Source: the human T2T-CHM13v2.0 reference genome, Homo sapiens. From it: a stretch of 64,000 nt of DNA. The stretch lies in NCBI RefSeq assembly GCF_009914755.1, contig NC_060933.1; one strand, 5' to 3'. Below are positions 59,701-64,000 of this stretch, one piece after another. The position numbers and the translations under genes were made by a program. Each line of letters opens with the position of its first letter. Position 1 is the stretch's first letter. Under the pieces are notes generated by a model that was not told the origin of the DNA, did not search any database, and saw only the letters and a program-made list of their open reading frames with translations.

Positions 59701-61239
59701 ATCTCCGGGTAGTTGATCAATTGTATGGGAAAATGAATGGCTGAAGGGTAGAAACAGGTGGGAAAGATGAACAAAAACACGAATCCTCACATTACTAATA
59801 CGCAAATCACTGAGCAGCAAGCTGAGCAAATACCCTCAATTCCCATCAGCAACTTTAGAGAAAGGCAAATTCCGTTTGCCTCATTGATCATTTAGGTAGA
59901 CCCTGAACACTGCTTTCATAAAACAAAAACAAAATACCCATCCCCAGTTTAAAAAATTATTCATAGATCATCCAGGCCATCTAGGAGGATATGATTTAAT
60001 CCTGGCTACTTGGTAAATTATTTGCCCAAGTTAACTCAGCTAGTTAGTGGTAGATGGCTCTGAAGCCAGTTGTTTTTTTTTGTTTTGTTTTTTGCAGACC
60101 TCAAGAGTCATGATGAACTAGCAGATCATAAAGTTTATGCCCTGGGTCTTGACCATTTTTAGAAAAATAAAACATTAAATGAAAATATCAGAGGGCATTG
60201 CAGATAGTAGATCTAAGTATTTTTTCATGAAACTTGTTGTACATGTGTGTGTCATACACAGACTATATATATGCAGTACCTGTAAACTGTATTGCCACAT
60301 AATGTCTATATTTTCCTAGAGGTCACAGTCACCAAAGTTGGGAAGTCACCCAACTTCGGGAACTTTGGGAAGTCACCCAAACTTACAGTCACCAAAATTG
60401 CTCTATTCTACTATGTGACCTCAAAAGTGATTTGAAAGAAGGAACATCTGAGCTGGGCCCAAACCCTATTGCAATTTTATTGGGGCCAAAGAGAACTCCA
60501 TGCTCCTGCCAAATCAAGGCAGTGTCAGCCTCAATAATTTCCCAGATAAAAATAAAAATCTGTGATACAATCAGAATGTGAAAATTCTTATTTTGGAAGC
60601 AAATGTCATAACCAATGCAAGGGCTATCTCAATATTCATTCATTATGCAGTATTTTGAACTGCAGTTGAAATGAATAAGAAGGAAAGGCAAACAACGAAG
60701 AGTCCAATTTCTCAATTTAGAAAAAGAGAAAAAAAAGAAAAGGGAGCACACAGGCACGGTGGCTCAAGCCTGTAATATCAGCACTTTGGCGGATCACTTG
60801 AGGTCAAGGAGTTCGAGAAAAGAGAGCACCTAGAAGTTCAGCGCGGGATAATACTTAAGTAAATTATGACACCATCGTCTGTCATCTTGGGCCCATTCAC
60901 TAACCCAAAGCTTTCAAAAGGGCTTTCTTAACCCTCACCTAGAATAGGCTTCCGCAGCCTTAATCCTTAGGGTGGCAGAATATCAGGGACCCTGAGCATT
61001 CTTAAAAGATGTAGCTCGGGATGGGAAGTTCTTTTAATGACAAAGCAAATGAAGTTTCATTATGTCGAGGAACTTTGAGGAAGTCACAGAATCCACGATT
61101 TAAAAATATATTTCCTATTATACACCCATACACACACACACACACCTACTTTCTAGAATAAAAACCAAAGCCATATGGGTCTGCTGCTGACTTTTTATAT
61201 GTTGTAGAGTTATATCAAGTTATGTCAAGATGTTCAGTC

Positions 61240-61629
61240 ACCTTGAAGAGGCTTTTATCAGAAAGGGGGACGCCTTTCTGATAAAGGTTAAGGGGTAACC
61301 TTAAGCTCTTACCCCTCTGAAGGTAAAATCAAGGTGCGTTCAGATGTTGGCTTGTTGTAAATTTCTTTTTTTATTAATAACATACTAAATGTGGATTTGC
61401 TTTAATCTTCGAAACTCTTCCCGGTGAAAATCTCATTTACAAGAAAACTGGACTGACATGTTTCACTTTCTGTTTCATTTCTATACACAGCTTTATTCCT
61501 AGGACACCAACACTAGATACCTAAACTGAAAGCTTCCGCCGATTTCACCGAAGGTCAGGAAAGTCCAACGCCCGGCAAACTGGATTTGCTGCCTTGGGCA
61601 GAGGTGGGCGGGACCCCGCCTCCGGGCCT
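61240..61629 (+). promoter_or_regulatory. CD274: CD274 interferon-inducible proximal promoter
   Basis: IRF-E/ISRE GTTTCACTTTC (61460-61470) plus GTTTCATTTC (61472-61481). GAS-like TTACAAGAA (61437-61445) and TTCACCGAA (61544-61552). kB-like GGAAAGTCC (61558-61566). Inverted GC boxes 61606-61620. Fits the established IRF1/STAT control of PD-L1. Confidence 0.9.
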
Positions 61630-61723
61630 GGCGCAACGCTGAGCAGCTGGCGCGTCCCGCGCGGCCCCAGTTCTGCGCAGCTTCCCGAGGCTCCGCACCA
61701 GCCGCGCTTCTGTCCGCCTGCAG
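61630..61723 (+). other. CD274: CD274 (PD-L1) non-coding exon 1; intron 1 runs to the window end
   Basis: GGCGCAACGCTGAGCAGCTGG...AGTTCTGCGCAGCTTCCCGAGGCTCCGCACCAGCCGCGCTTCTGTCCGCCTGCAG|gtaggg matches the recognised 5' end of CD274 mRNA. Donor GT at 61724. Confidence 0.95.
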
Positions 61724-62970
61724 GTAGGGAGCGTTGTTCCTCCGCGGGTGCCCACGGCCCAGTATCTCTGGCTAGCTCGCTGGGCACTTTAGGACGGAGG
61801 GTCTCTACACCCTTTCTTTGGGATGGAGAGAGGAGAAGGGAAAGGGAACGCGATGGTCTAGGGGGCAGTAGAGCCAATTACCTGTTGGGGTTAATAAGAA
61901 CAGGCAATGCATCTGGCCTTCCTCCAGGCGCGATTCAGTTTTGCTCTAAAAATAATTTATACCTCTAAAAATAAATAAGATAGGTAGTATAGGATAGGTA
62001 GTCATTCTTATGCGACTGTGTGTTCAGAATATAGCTCTGATGCTAGGCTGGAGGTCTGGACACGGGTCCAAGTCCACCGCCAGCTGCTTGCTAGTAACAT
62101 GACTTGTGTAAGTTATCCCAGCTGCAGCATCTAAGTAAGTCTCTTCCTGCGCTAAGCAGGTCCAGGATCCCTGAACGGAATTTATTTGCTCTGTCCATTC
62201 TGAGAACCCAAAGGAGTCCTAAAAGAGGAATGGAGGAGCCTAAGAATAAAAATAGTATAATAAAACATTTCTTAGACACATTGACCTTGGCCTATGTCAA
62301 AGTTCAGTCTGGGTTTGTCTTATAACACAAGGAGTAAAAGTACCATTGTTCTACCTCTTTTTTTAATACTTGAAAAAAATTTACTGTGGATGCTTTTCTA
62401 TGAATTAAATAACCTTCTAAAAAATGTTTTCATTGCTGCATTCGATTAGATTGGGTAACTAAATGAAATTAATTCCTCACTGTTGGGTATAAAGGTTATT
62501 TACAGTGGTTCTGTCTTAGCCATTCACTGAACTCATTGCATATATATCTCTGGAATATTGCTGATTGTTTCCTTCAAGTAAACTTAGAAGTGTAACTACT
62601 TAGTCAAAGAGCCTGAATATTTTAAAGGCCTTTTGAAGAAAACTGAAAATGCTTTCCAGAAAGGATGTATCAGTTGACAATGACAGTCGTCAACAGTATT
62701 TAAGGAGAACTATGATACTCTGAAGAAAAACTTAGCCTTTCTCAGTAAAAGTAGGTAGGCAGAGGCCACATGACAGCAGTTAGAGTGTGGTCTTCAAGGA
62801 AGTCACAGAAATACTGTGGGGAATTGAAACCCCATGTGGAAAATGTACAAGAGTGTCTCAGTGTGACTGAGAAGGAGGTTGGGCATGGGGTTTCATGGAG
62901 TTTAATAAAGTTTGGTCACTTAGTAGAGGTTTAATAAATCAACTGTCTTAATCTTTGATCCTACTTAAGA

Positions 62971-63501
<531 letters not shown>

Positions 63502-64000
63502 TAGTATTAGTTCCATAGTGTTATACTGGGCTTCCCCCAGGGACAAACCCACTTCCCCAACCTGAATGAGCCATCACTTCTTCCCCAGTTTACATTTCAT
63601 TGCTCTTTAAATGTCTCCATTCGGATATGGGAATTCACATATGGTCATAATTCTTACCTGAAGAAGATGTCAGTCTTCTTCTCTTACACCAACTGCCCTG
63701 ATATGAGGTTTAGAGGTTAAAGAACATGTGTGTATTTACATGATCTTTGTATTCTGCCTTTTCGTCCCTCACTAATGACAGCTGCACCCCAAGGAAATGG
63801 AGCTGTGGAAGAGAGGGTTTGATAAGAAATTAAGTAAATATTGGATCTAATCCATCACCCTCCAGGAAGCCTTTATTACTCCTAAAAATTTCAACCAAAT
63901 TCATTAAAGGACAAGAACTCCACCAGAGTAGGCCATAAACATTGGCAAAATTAGTTGTAATCCATGACTAGATTTAATGTCCCTTTGTTTTATTCCCATA

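Overview
Human (primate) genomic DNA at 9p24.1, recognised from three sequences. (1) The 5' half of PLGRKT on the minus strand: non-coding exons 1-2, the ATG exon encoding MGFIFSKSMNESMKNQKEFMLMNARLQ, and about 43 kb of its large next intron. (2) The divergently transcribed CD274 (PD-L1) promoter and non-coding exon 1 near 61.6 kb. (3) An RNF152 processed pseudogene inside the PLGRKT intron. The rest is mostly interspersed repeats: Alu, L1, L2, MIR, LTR/ERVL remnants, MER44, and a full-length SVA with target-site duplications (TSDs). Nearly all ORF-track entries are repeat or low-complexity artefacts. The main unexplained structure is an old, collinear tandem duplication/triplication (about 7.8-22.1 kb) in the PLGRKT intron. 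Several of its blocks look like decayed, splice-bounded coding exons on the + strand, possibly a lost nested gene. Other leads: the retrocopy could act as an alternative last exon of PLGRKT; an Alu contains a palindromic AT-rich expansion; and nested inverted repeats overlap kB-like sites in the PD-L1 promoter. Repeat subfamily names come from recalled consensus sequences and their boundaries are approximate.
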